Below the pieces are notes generated by a model. The model saw only the letters and a list, made by a program, of their open reading frames with translations. It did not search any database and had not been told where the DNA came from. DNA of 63,862 nt, filler included, from an uncultured Methanosarcinales archaeon (GTDB lineage Archaea > Nanobdellota > Nanobdellia > Woesearchaeales > CAZXZL01), in the NCBI GenBank assembly GCA_964645415.1. It is 4 parts of 4 records of this genome, joined end to end, with 100 filler letters (N's around TTAATTAATTAA, not from the genome) between each part and the next. Parts side by side here need not be neighbours in the genome. Positions count along the whole stretch, not along the records: positions 1 to 4,023 come from CAZXZL010000003.1; positions 4,124 to 34,782 come from CAZXZL010000008.1; 2 more parts are not named here. One strand, written 5' to 3'. The position numbers and the translations under genes are program-made. Shown in pieces: positions 1 through 9,845 of the stretch. Every line of letters begins with the position of its first letter. Within the stretch, counting starts at the first letter, position 1.

Positions 1-25
1 TATTATTATTATTATTATTATTATT
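1..25. repeat. (TAT)n/(AAT)n trinucleotide microsatellite at window/contig start
   Basis: tattattattattattattattatt read directly. Confidence 0.9.
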
Positions 26-61
26 ATATTATTGTTTTTATCTTTATTAGGTGTTTATATA

Positions 62-1363
62 ATGAAAGACGATTTTATTTCTATTAAGGATTCTTTTGAA
101 AAAGTTGGTGAATCCGCTCAAATTAGAGGTTGGGTTTATCGTGAAAGAGGTTCTAATAAGTTTAAATTTATTGTATTACGTGATTCTTCAGGTATAATTC
201 AATGTGTGATTTCTAGAGACCATATTGGTGATGAAGCTTTTGAAAAAGTTTCAAATGTAAAAGTTGAAGCTAGTATAAAGATTAAAGGTGAAGTTAAGGA
301 AGATGATAGGGCTCCAAGCGGATATGAAATATTTGTTGATGAGTTTGAAATTATTGGAGAAAGTCCTAATTTTCCTCTTGGTAAAGATCAATCCCGTGAA
401 TTTTTAGATAATAATAGACATTTAAAGTTAAGAACTTCTAAAATGATAAATGTTTTAAAAGTTAGAAGTTCTTTTATCCAAGCAAGAGATAAATTTTATC
501 GAGATAAAGGATTCTTTAGATTTGATGCACCAATTTTTCAACCAAGTCAATGTGAAGGAGGAAGTACTTTATTTGAAGTTAATTATTATGATGATAAAAC
601 TTATCTTTCTCAATCTTGGCAACTTTATGGTGAAGCAGGAATTTTTAGTTTAGAAAAAATATACAATTTAGGTCCTACTTTCCGTGCTGAAAAATCTAAT
701 ACTTCAAGACATCTTTCTGAATTTTGGATGGCTGAAATGGAATCTGCTTGGATGGACTTAGATGAAGTTACAAGTTTTGCAAAAGAAGAATTAAAATATT
801 GTATTGAATATGTTGCAAAAGAAAGAGATAAAGAATTAAAATCTTTAGGACAAGATCCAAAAAAATTAATTGAAATGGTAAATAAAGATTGGCCTAATAT
901 AAAATATAGAAAAGCTTTAAAAATATTAAAAGAAAAAGAGAATATGGATATTGAGTTTGGAAAAGATCTTAGGACTATTGAAGAAAAAAAATTAATGAAA
1001 CATTTTGATGTTCCTGTTGTTGTAACTCATTATCCTAAAGAGACTATGGCTTTTTATAAACCAAAAGATGAAGATAATCCTGATGAAGCTTTATGTTTTG
1101 ATATGCTTGCTCCTTCAGGTTATGGTGAAATTGTAGGTGGGAGTGAAAGGAGTTTAGATGTTGAAGATATGAAAAAAAGATTAAAAGAAGATGGGGAAGA
1201 TATTTCTAATTATGATTGGTATTTTGATACAAGAAAATATGGAAGTGTTCCTCATTCAGGATATGGTGTTGGTGTTGAAAGAGTTGTTAGTTGGATTTGT
1301 GGATTAGATAATATAAAAGATGCAATTCCTTTTCCAAGAACACCAACCAGATATAAACCTTAA
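62..1363 (+). CDS. asnS: Asparagine--tRNA ligase
   Basis: OB-fold start (IRGWV..FIVLRDSSG), EGGSTLF, YLSQSWQLY, motif 2 FRAEKSNTSRHLSEFW, motif 3 GYGVGVER; ATG at 62 preceded by AGGTG. Confidence 0.92.
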   Translation: MKDDFISIKDSFEKVGESAQIRGWVYRERGSNKFKFIVLRDSSGIIQCVISRDHIGDEAFEKVSNVKVEASIKIKGEVKEDDRAPSGYEIFVDEFEIIGESPNFPLGKDQSREFLDNNRHLKLRTSKMINVLKVRSSFIQARDKFYRDKGFFRFDAPIFQPSQCEGGSTLFEVNYYDDKTYLSQSWQLYGEAGIFSLEKIYNLGPTFRAEKSNTSRHLSEFWMAEMESAWMDLDEVTSFAKEELKYCIEYVAKERDKELKSLGQDPKKLIEMVNKDWPNIKYRKALKILKEKENMDIEFGKDLRTIEEKKLMKHFDVPVVVTHYPKETMAFYKPKDEDNPDEALCFDMLAPSGYGEIVGGSERSLDVEDMKKRLKEDGEDISNYDWYFDTRKYGSVPHSGYGVGVERVVSWICGLDNIKDAIPFPRTPTRYKP

Positions 1364-1385
1364 ATGTGAAATAGATTTATCTTTA

Positions 1386-1418
1386 TAGAATTAAAGAGGT
1401 TTTTTCCTCTTAATTCTA
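1386..1418 (+). terminator. Stem-loop downstream of asnS, possible terminator
   Basis: TAGAATTA-A-AGAGG / CCTCT-TAATTCTA inverted repeat with T6 loop, about 20 nt after the stop. Confidence 0.45.
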
Positions 1419-1592
1419 GATTTTATTAATAAAAATAAATTTGATGTTGATTTAGAAAATTTATTAATGTCTAATTATTTTTTATTCTACTACTCATAAC
1501 TTCTTTAAATATATTATATTCTAAAATATTATCACATTAAAAGATTCATATTAACAAAATATAAATATCTATCATTCTATTATGTAATATTA

Positions 1593-3263
1593 GTGATATT
1601 TATGGAATTATATCATCGTTTAAAAGATAAAGATGAAAGATTATTTTCTTATTTTACAATGGAAATAGGTTTGAAACCTGAAATTAAAACTTATAGTGGT
1701 GGACTTGGTGTTTTAGCAGGAGATACTGTAAAGTCCTTTGCAGATAAATCTGTACCTATGGTTTGTGTTACATTATTAAACGAAGATGGTTACTTTAAGC
1801 AAGTAATTGATGATGAAGGTAATCAAATAGAAAAAGAAGATGCTTGGAATAAAGAAGAACAACTTGCAAAAATAGATACTCAAGTAGAAGTAAAAATAGA
1901 AGATAGAACAATAAAAGTAGGTGCTTGGGAGTATCAAGTGAAATCAAAAGATGGTTATATAGTTCCAGTTTATTTCTTAGACACTGATATCGAGGGAAAT
2001 AGTGATTATGATAGAACGTTAACTAAAAAACTTTATGGTGGTGATAATTATTATCGCTTATGTCAGGAAATTGTATTAGGTGTTGGTGGAGTAAGATTTC
2101 TAAAGAAGAGAGGTTACAATAATCTTTTAAGATATCATATGAATGAAGGTCATGCTTCTTTTTTAACATTAGAACTTCTCAAAGAACTTAAAGATAGAGA
2201 TGAAGTAAAAAAGAAATGTGTTTTTACAACACATACTCCTGTTTCTGCAGGTCATGATAAATTTCCACAAAATATGGTAGAAATAGCTTTAGGTGATTTT
2301 GTACCAGATGATATGTATCAAGATGGTACTCTTTCTATGACTTATTTAGGTTTTAAATTAAGCAATTATGTAAATGGTGTTGCTAAAAAACATCAGGAAG
2401 TAACTCATAAAATGTTTCCTGATTTTAAAGTGGATTACATTACTAATGGAGTTCATTCTAAGACTTGGACATGTGATCATTTTAAAAAATTATATGATGA
2501 AAAAATACCTACTTGGAGAGAAGACCCATTTGCATTAAGGTATGCTATTCAACTTAATTCGATTGATCTTTGGAATGCTCATATAAATGCAAAAAAAGAT
2601 CTAATTAATTTAATTAAAGATAGACAAGACCTTGAATTTGATGAGGAAGTATTTACTATTGGTTTTGCAAGAAGAGCTACTTCTTATAAAAGAATGGATC
2701 TATTATTCCAACATATTGAAAGATTAAACAAAATTGCAGAAAAACATGGTGAATTACAAATTATTTTTTCTGGAAAAGCTCATCCTCGTGATATTGAAGG
2801 AAAAAATTTGATTAGAAAAATAATAAACACTAAAGAAAAATTAAATGATAAAATCAAACTTGTTTTTTTAGAAAATTACAATATGAAGTTAGCTAAAAAG
2901 TTAATTTCAGGTGTTGATCTTTGGTTAAATACTCCTAAAAAACCACTAGAAGCATCTGGGACTAGTGGAATGAAAGCTGCATTAAATGGAATTCCTTCTT
3001 TATCTGTTCTTGATGGTTGGTGGATTGAAGGACATATGGAAGATTTTACCGGATGGTCTATAGGATATGATGATGAAGAAAGTGAGAATGAAAAAGATGC
3101 AGAAGATATATATTTTAAACTTGAAAAATTAATACTCCCTAAGTTCTATAATAATCGTGATGAATATATTGAAGTGATGAAAAAATCAATTGCTTTTAAT
3201 GCATCTTTTTTTAATACAAATAGAATGGTATCTCAATACATATTAAATGCATATCTTAATTGA
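1593..3263 (+). CDS. glgP: Alpha-glucan (glycogen/maltodextrin) phosphorylase, GT35
   Basis: YSGGLGVLAGD, HMNEGH, FTTHTP, GFARR, PLP-lysine motif EASGTSGMKAA; true start may be ATG 1602. Confidence 0.95.
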   Translation: MIFMELYHRLKDKDERLFSYFTMEIGLKPEIKTYSGGLGVLAGDTVKSFADKSVPMVCVTLLNEDGYFKQVIDDEGNQIEKEDAWNKEEQLAKIDTQVEVKIEDRTIKVGAWEYQVKSKDGYIVPVYFLDTDIEGNSDYDRTLTKKLYGGDNYYRLCQEIVLGVGGVRFLKKRGYNNLLRYHMNEGHASFLTLELLKELKDRDEVKKKCVFTTHTPVSAGHDKFPQNMVEIALGDFVPDDMYQDGTLSMTYLGFKLSNYVNGVAKKHQEVTHKMFPDFKVDYITNGVHSKTWTCDHFKKLYDEKIPTWREDPFALRYAIQLNSIDLWNAHINAKKDLINLIKDRQDLEFDEEVFTIGFARRATSYKRMDLLFQHIERLNKIAEKHGELQIIFSGKAHPRDIEGKNLIRKIINTKEKLNDKIKLVFLENYNMKLAKKLISGVDLWLNTPKKPLEASGTSGMKAALNGIPSLSVLDGWWIEGHMEDFTGWSIGYDDEESENEKDAEDIYFKLEKLILPKFYNNRDEYIEVMKKSIAFNASFFNTNRMVSQYILNAYLN

Positions 3264-3346
3264 TTAATTAAGTGATATTATTTTTCTTTTTCTTATTTTT
3301 ATTTTTTAGTAGATTTCTTTTTATTTATTGAAATCTTTTTATAGAA

Positions 3347-4023
3347 ATGATTCTAATTTGTTATATGTTTATTCCTAAAGTTAATTTTAGGACTTCAAAT
3401 ATTGATAAGATTTTTCCTTTTATTCATGAAATGTTAAATATGAATGAAAGTAATTGGGATTGGTCTAATGTTTTTTTTAAAAATTATCCTAAGTTAAAAA
3501 GTAAACTTAGTAATGAAAATAACATAAAAAAGAGGAAAAAAATTGAATATAATTTCTTTAAAAAATATTTTGAAAAAAACAAAGAACAGTTTTTAATGAT
3601 TCAAAGAAAGTTTCAAAAAAACTGGAATGAAATAAATGATGATGTGATGATAGCTTTATCAGACATTATTGAGACATCATGGTCAAAAGAAGATAAACCA
3701 ATTTATGCATATATTTCTTTAAGTCCAATATGTCCTAGAGATATTATTAAAAGAGAATTTTTTGTTTTTTACAATATTAATGTTAAAAAAATGAAATCTA
3801 TTACAATTCATGAGTTACTTCATTTTATTTATTTTAAAAAATGGTTAAGTATTTTTCCTAGTACAAAAATTGAACATTTAGATTACCCTTATTTAGTTTG
3901 GCATTTAAGTGAAATACTTACTGAAGTTATATTAAATGATCAAAGAATTCAAAATGTTTTTAGATATAATTTTAAAACATATGATGAGTATAGAAAAATA
4001 AAGATTAATAATAATAATAATAA
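3347..4023 (+). CDS. Putative zincin-like metalloprotein, 3' end cut by contig end
   Basis: IHELLHF (HExxH) plus a downstream Glu (HLSE); runs into (AAT)n and the linker. Confidence 0.5.
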
Positions 4024-4123
4024 NNNNNNNNNNNNNNNNNNNNNNNNNNNNNNNNNNNNNNNNNNNNTTAATTAATTAANNNNNNNNNNNNNNNNNNNNN
4101 NNNNNNNNNNNNNNNNNNNNNNN
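4024..4123. other. Artificial contig linker
   Basis: N44-TTAATTAATTAA-N44, stop codons in all six frames. Confidence 0.97.
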
Positions 4124-4174
4124 TAGGGCAAAATCATCTAATTCAAAATGTCGAATTTTCTGTAAGAAAATTCT
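4124..4174 (+). repeat. Dispersed intergenic repeat fragment (AAAATCATCTAA module plus hairpin)
   Basis: CAAAATCATCTAA as at 17010, 34985, 60950(rc); hairpin GAATTTTC-tgtaa-GAAAATTC. Confidence 0.65.
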
Positions 4175-4198
4175 CTTAAATAATAAAAAAGAAAAAAA

Positions 4199-6646
4199 TT
4201 ACTCATAATCAGGATCAATATCAACATTTCTCAATCTTAATGAGTTAAAAATCACATTCAAAGAACTAAAAGACATAGCAGCAGCACCAATTAAAGGATG
4301 TAATAAACCAATCATAGCAATAGGTATTGCAATAGCATTATAAAACCACGCCCAAAAATAGTTCTCTTTAATCTTTTTAAAAATAGCATTAGATAAATTA
4401 AAACCTGAAACTAAAGATGATAAATTACCAGAAACCAAAGTCATATCAGAAGACTCAATTGCGATATCAGTTCCAGTACCAATAGCAACTCCAACATTTG
4501 CTTGTTTTAAAGCAGGAGCGTCATTAATCCCATCACCAACCATAGCAACCAAACCAAACTTATCTTGTAATTTTTTAATTTCATTAACTTTTTCATCAGG
4601 TAAAACTTCAGAAACAACCTCATCAACACCAACAATATCAGCAATAGCATTAGCAGTTCTTTTATTATCACCAGTAATCATAATAGTTTTAATTCCAAGT
4701 TTTTTAAACTCTTTAATAGCATTAATCGAATCTTCTTTAATAGGATCACTAATAGTAATTATTCCAACTAACCTTTTATTTACACTTACTAAAACAGTTG
4801 TTTTTGCCTCTTTTTCATAATTATGAATTTTATCTAAATAATCAGAATAATCAACATCTAAATCATCCATAAATTTAGGTGAACCAATAATTACTTCTTT
4901 ATTATCAACAATTCCTTTAACACCTTTTCCAGAAATTGATTTAAAATTAGACACATCAAATAAATTTAAATCCTCTTCTTTTGCTTTAGAGACTACAGCT
5001 TTTCCTAAAGGATGTTGAGAAGCATTTTCCAATGATGCAGCTAATTTAAGCATCCTTAAATTAGAGAAACTACCAACACCATCAACATCAATTACTTCAG
5101 GTTTACCCTTAGTAATAGTTCCAGTTTTATCATATGCAATAGCTTTAACATCCTTAATAGTTTGAACAACTTCACCATTTTTAATTAAAATACCTTTTTT
5201 AGCACCAATACCACTTCCAACCATTAAAGCAGTAGGAGTACCTAAACCTAAAGCACAAGGACAAGCAATAACTAATACAGCAGTAGCAGTAATAAAAGCT
5301 AAAGTTAATGGAGGTAAATTTGGATTAACCCAAGGTAAAAACTGAGAACCCCACTCTAAAATAGAGATATGAAAGCTACTAAAAATAATAAAAGAAAAAA
5401 ATGTAAGAACAGATAAAACTAAAATAATAGGAACAAAATAACCAGTTACTTTATCAGCAAACTCTTGAATAGGAACTTTACTTCCTTGACACTCTTCAAC
5501 TAAATCAATAATTTGTGATAAAAAAGTTTCTTTACCTAATTTAGTAACTTTTACCTTAATCATTCCATCTTCAATAATAGTAGCACCAATTACTTCATCA
5601 TTAACAGATTTTTCAACAGGAACAGATTCACCAGTAGCCATAGATTCATCAATTAAAGCACTTCCTTCAATAATTACACCATCAGTAGGAACTTTCTCCC
5701 CTGGGCGAACAATCATAATATCTTCTTTTTCTAATTCCTCTACAGGAACTTCTTTTTCATCACCATCAATAATTACATTTGCAGTTTTAGCTCCCATCTC
5801 AATTAATTTTTTAATTGCTTTTGAAGCTTTACCCTTAGCTTTATCTTCAAGATATTTACCAATTAGATGGAAAGTCATAATCATAGCAGACATACCAATA
5901 AAAGATTGTATATCAAAAAAGAAAGAAAGTAGTCCAATTAAATAAGGTGGAATCGTACCCATAGAAACTAAAACATCCATATTAGGACTCTTATTTAAAA
6001 TAGATTTAAAACTTCCTTTATGAACATGAAAACCAATTATGAAAACAACAGGAAATCCTAAAATAGCAGAAATTTCTAAAAAGAAAGGAACAGTAAATAA
6101 AAACATATCAATAATCATCAAAGTCATAATAGTTCCAGCTAAAATTGAAGAATAAATTAATCTTTTTTTAGATTTATTAGCAACCTCATCATCTTCTGAT
6201 TTATCAGAACCTTCTAATTCAATAGTGTAACCAATCATATTAACACGATCAATTATATCACTAACAGAAACCATTGATTTATCAAACTCAACATTTAATT
6301 TTTCAGTTGCAAAATTAATAGAAGCAAAAATAATACCATCATAATCAGATAAATTATCTTCAATTGCTTTAGCACAACTTGAACAAGACATATCTTTTAC
6401 ATTAAAACGAACCTTTTTAACATTATCACCATCAAGTTTAACATCATATCCCAAAGAATTTATCTCTTCAATAATATTATCAATATTAATGATTTCTTGA
6501 TCGTAATCAATCAAAGCTTTCTCTGTAGCTAAATTAACATTAATCTCATCAATTCCTTTTAAAGAACCAATATTATTTTCTATTGATGAAACACAACTTG
6601 CACAATGCATCCCTAATATTTTTAATTTTATCTTAGTCATTTTCAT
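4199..6646 (-). CDS. copA: Cu(+)-exporting P1B-type ATPase
   Basis: Two HMA domains (GMHCASC, DMSCSSC), TGES, CPC, DKTGT, HP, GDGINDAP, YN and MxxSS. Confidence 0.93.
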   Translation of the reverse strand: MKMTKIKLKILGMHCASCVSSIENNIGSLKGIDEINVNLATEKALIDYDQEIINIDNIIEEINSLGYDVKLDGDNVKKVRFNVKDMSCSSCAKAIEDNLSDYDGIIFASINFATEKLNVEFDKSMVSVSDIIDRVNMIGYTIELEGSDKSEDDEVANKSKKRLIYSSILAGTIMTLMIIDMFLFTVPFFLEISAILGFPVVFIIGFHVHKGSFKSILNKSPNMDVLVSMGTIPPYLIGLLSFFFDIQSFIGMSAMIMTFHLIGKYLEDKAKGKASKAIKKLIEMGAKTANVIIDGDEKEVPVEELEKEDIMIVRPGEKVPTDGVIIEGSALIDESMATGESVPVEKSVNDEVIGATIIEDGMIKVKVTKLGKETFLSQIIDLVEECQGSKVPIQEFADKVTGYFVPIILVLSVLTFFSFIIFSSFHISILEWGSQFLPWVNPNLPPLTLAFITATAVLVIACPCALGLGTPTALMVGSGIGAKKGILIKNGEVVQTIKDVKAIAYDKTGTITKGKPEVIDVDGVGSFSNLRMLKLAASLENASQHPLGKAVVSKAKEEDLNLFDVSNFKSISGKGVKGIVDNKEVIIGSPKFMDDLDVDYSDYLDKIHNYEKEAKTTVLVSVNKRLVGIITISDPIKEDSINAIKEFKKLGIKTIMITGDNKRTANAIADIVGVDEVVSEVLPDEKVNEIKKLQDKFGLVAMVGDGINDAPALKQANVGVAIGTGTDIAIESSDMTLVSGNLSSLVSGFNLSNAIFKKIKENYFWAWFYNAIAIPIAMIGLLHPLIGAAAMSFSSLNVIFNSLRLRNVDIDPDYE

Positions 6647-6660
6647 AGAAAAATAAATTA

Positions 6661-7623
6661 TTAAACACCACAACTAGGTGTTCCACAAGAACCACATCCA
6701 CCACAACCTGAGATACAACTATTAGAATTAGTATTTGTATTTTCAACATTATTATCTTGCTCTGAAAAAACATCAACAGATTCTTCTTTTATAGAATTTT
6801 GACTTAAAACAGTTGCAGGGTACTGACTAAAAACATCTAAAGAAAGTATCTCATCAGAATTAGTAACACTTTCATCATAATAAACATCAAAGTTTTCAGG
6901 ACTTGAATAGCCAACATCAACAACACCTTCTATATTTTCAAGCTCATAAGTAATTAATGGTGCATGACCTGGACAAGGAATATCAACATCCATGTTTAAC
7001 ATAGAATATTGTTCATTTAAACCATCTAAGCTTCCAGGAGATGATGTTGCAACAGCAGGAAATATTACAAAAAATAATAATAAATTAATACCAACAGTTA
7101 AACCATACATAGTAGAAAGGTACTTCCACTTTTTCTTAATTCCTTTCCAACTTAAAAAATTATTTTTCTTAAGATAAACAAAAGAAGATATTGTTGCAAA
7201 GCCAATAGATATAGCAATTAAAGCATGAAAAATATACCTATTCATTAAAAGAGGTCTAAAAAGGTTCATTAAAAAAGTAGCACCTAAGATTGATCCAATA
7301 ATAAAAGCAATACAACCAGTATGAGGTAATAATCCATAGATTAAACCTTCTTTAATACCACCTGATTTTGTTTCACCAAGATCACTAATACCATTAATAG
7401 AATAACCTAATTCAATTATTTCAGCTTGGATATCTTCAAGAGATATTTTTTTAGGATCAAATTCTACAAAAACAGAATCATTTTCTAAATCTACTTTAAC
7501 TTTCTTTACTGAATTAAAAGAAAAAAGTTTCTTTTTTATTTTTTTTACACAACTTGAACAACTCATTCCTTCCACATTAAAAGCAGAGGACTCAAAAACA
7601 CCTTCTTTTTTATCATTAGACAT
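6661..7623 (-). CDS. Heavy-metal-associated membrane protein (HMA + 3 TM + second HMA-like domain + Cys-rich tail)
   Basis: GMSCSSC; PHTGC in first TM; IPCPGH; C-terminal SCISGCGGCGSCGTPSCGV; GGTG RBS before ATG 7623. Confidence 0.8.
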   Translation of the reverse strand: MSNDKKEGVFESSAFNVEGMSCSSCVKKIKKKLFSFNSVKKVKVDLENDSVFVEFDPKKISLEDIQAEIIELGYSINGISDLGETKSGGIKEGLIYGLLPHTGCIAFIIGSILGATFLMNLFRPLLMNRYIFHALIAISIGFATISSFVYLKKNNFLSWKGIKKKWKYLSTMYGLTVGINLLLFFVIFPAVATSSPGSLDGLNEQYSMLNMDVDIPCPGHAPLITYELENIEGVVDVGYSSPENFDVYYDESVTNSDEILSLDVFSQYPATVLSQNSIKEESVDVFSEQDNNVENTNTNSNSCISGCGGCGSCGTPSCGV

Positions 7624-7800
7624 TGTTAACACCAAATAAAAGAAAGAAGCCACTTATTAAAAAATAAGCAATGGAAACAATTAACAAATGGCTTCAATTT
7701 AACTATTGTTAATTATATTAAAATAAACCTGAAAATGATTTATAAAAGTTATTAAAGATACTTCTATAATTAGAAAAAAATCATACTTTTTTAAAATAGT

Positions 7801-7892
7801 CAGATTTCTCTTCTTCGAAAATTGTAGGGTAGAGTCATCTTCGATGGCATAGAAATCAAAAACATCTAAGGAAAAAAGAAGTTTATAAAAAA
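7801..7892 (+). repeat. Dispersed intergenic repeat copy
   Basis: TCTTCTTCGAAAAT, ATCTTCGAT, TAGAAATCAAAAACATCTAAGGAAAA, AGAAGTTTATAAAAA modules shared with 16932-17109, 34883-35113 and 60811-61131. Confidence 0.75.
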
Positions 7893-7908
7893 AAGAATAA
7901 AAATTGAA

Positions 7909-9807
7909 TTAAATATCAAGATTTTCAACATTATCAGAATTATCCATAATGAATTCCCTTCTTGGTTTTACATCTTTTCCCATAAGAATACTAAAAGTCT
8001 GATCTGCATCAATAGCATCTTCAATTGTTGCTTTTTTTAGTTTCCTATTATCAGGATTCATTGTAGTTTCCCAAAGTTGTTTAGGATTCATCTCACCAAG
8101 ACCTTTATATCTTTGAACACTAACAGATTTTCCTTCAGACTCATATTTTTTAACAAGTTTCTCTTTTTCTTGATCACTATAAACATACATTTTCTTTCTA
8201 CCTTTTTTAACTTGATATAAAGGAGGCATTGCAATATAGATATTTCCTTCTTCAATTAGTTCTCTCATATATCTAAAAAAGAAAGTTAATAATAAACAAC
8301 TAATGTGAGCACCATCAACATCAGCATCAGCCATAATTACAATTTTACCATACCTAAGATCACTAATATCAAATTCATTTCCAATACCAGCACCAATAGC
8401 AGTAATTATTGAACTAATCTCATCATTAGACAGCATTTTATTTAATCTTGATTTTTCAACATTCAATATTTTTCCCTTTAAAGGAAGAATAGCTTGGAAA
8501 TCTCTATCTCTAGCTTGTTTAGCACTTCCTCCTGCACTATCTCCTTCAACTAAAAACAACTCAGTTTTTGTAACATCTTCAATACTACAATCAGAAAGTT
8601 TACCAGGTAAAGACATATTAACAAGTTTATTTTTTCTCCTTGCTAATTTCTTTGCTTTCTTTGCTGCTTGCCTTGCTTTAGCAGCACTAATTGCTTTATT
8701 AATAATAGGACTAGCAATATCAGGATTTGCATCTAAAAACTCAGTAAAATTCTTTTTAAAAGAATCATAAATAATAGATCTTACATCAGAATTACCTAAT
8801 TTTGATTTAGTTTGACCTTCAAACTCAGGATTAGGATGTCGAACAGAAATAACTGCATTAATTCCTTCGAGTGCATCATCAACTCTAATTTTTGGAATAT
8901 TTTTATCAAATTCTTCAACTTTATCTCTAATTACTTTAGAAACAGCAGATCTAAAACCATGAACATGAGTTCCTCCTTCAATTGTTTTAATATTATTTAC
9001 AAAAGAGAATATTTCGGTATTAAAAGTATCAGAATACTTTAAAGCAATATCATATTCTACTTTAGATTCTTCATCATGATCAGAAAATCCTAAAACAGGT
9101 GAAACTTTATCTTTATTTTTTGTTAACTCCTCTATAAATTCTTTGATACCATCTTCAAAATAGAACTCATCAGATTGACCAGTTCTTGCATCTTTTATAG
9201 TTATTTTTAATTTAGGCATTAAAAAAGCAAGTTCTCTCATCCTTGATCTTAATACAGAATATTCAAAATTAATATCTGAAAAAATCTTAGAATCAGGTTT
9301 AAATTTAATAATAGTCCCTGTTTTATCAGTATCACCAATAGAACTAAATTCTTTAGTAATTTTTCCGCCATTTTCAAATTTAATATTCCATATTTTTCCA
9401 TTTCTATGAACCCAAGCTTCAAAATATTTTGATAAAGCATTTACAACACTAATACCAACACCATGAAGCCCACCAGAAACCTTATATGTCTTTTCATCAA
9501 ATTTTCCTCCAGCATGAAGTTTAGTTAAAACTAACTCCAATGCAGATTTATTAGAATTATTATGTTTATCAACAGGGATTCCTCTCCCATCATCAACTAA
9601 AGTAACAGAATTATCTTCATGAATAGTAACATTTATTTCATTACAATATCCAGCTAAAGCTTCATCAACACTATTGTCTACTACTTCATATACCAAATGA
9701 TGTAGACCTGATTTACCAGTAGAACCAATATACATACCAGGTACTTTCCTAACAGCCTTTAGTCCTTCAAGAACTTTAATATTATCAGCATTATAATCTT
9801 TAGACAT
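7909..9807 (-). CDS. gyrB: DNA gyrase subunit B (short form)
   Basis: PGMYIG, EVVDNSVDE, DDGRGIP, LHAGGKF, TOPRIM VEGDSAGG / PLKGKILN / DADVDG, QRYKGLGEMN, C-terminal NLDI. Confidence 0.93.
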   Translation of the reverse strand: MSKDYNADNIKVLEGLKAVRKVPGMYIGSTGKSGLHHLVYEVVDNSVDEALAGYCNEINVTIHEDNSVTLVDDGRGIPVDKHNNSNKSALELVLTKLHAGGKFDEKTYKVSGGLHGVGISVVNALSKYFEAWVHRNGKIWNIKFENGGKITKEFSSIGDTDKTGTIIKFKPDSKIFSDINFEYSVLRSRMRELAFLMPKLKITIKDARTGQSDEFYFEDGIKEFIEELTKNKDKVSPVLGFSDHDEESKVEYDIALKYSDTFNTEIFSFVNNIKTIEGGTHVHGFRSAVSKVIRDKVEEFDKNIPKIRVDDALEGINAVISVRHPNPEFEGQTKSKLGNSDVRSIIYDSFKKNFTEFLDANPDIASPIINKAISAAKARQAAKKAKKLARRKNKLVNMSLPGKLSDCSIEDVTKTELFLVEGDSAGGSAKQARDRDFQAILPLKGKILNVEKSRLNKMLSNDEISSIITAIGAGIGNEFDISDLRYGKIVIMADADVDGAHISCLLLTFFFRYMRELIEEGNIYIAMPPLYQVKKGRKKMYVYSDQEKEKLVKKYESEGKSVSVQRYKGLGEMNPKQLWETTMNPDNRKLKKATIEDAIDADQTFSILMGKDVKPRREFIMDNSDNVENLDI

Positions 9808-9845
9808 TTAAAATTCACCTAAAAAAATAAGATTAATATAAAAAA

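Noticed and set aside
4024..4123. TTAATTAATTAA palindrome between N runs (also 34783 and 61132) as a biological site
   Set aside because: Identical 100-nt six-frame-stop spacer used for concatenating contigs
7909..9807. ParE or Topo VI B instead of GyrB
   Set aside because: Type IIA TOPRIM motifs exclude Topo VI B; EVVDNSVDEALAGYC, KLSDC and the NLDI terminus favour GyrB
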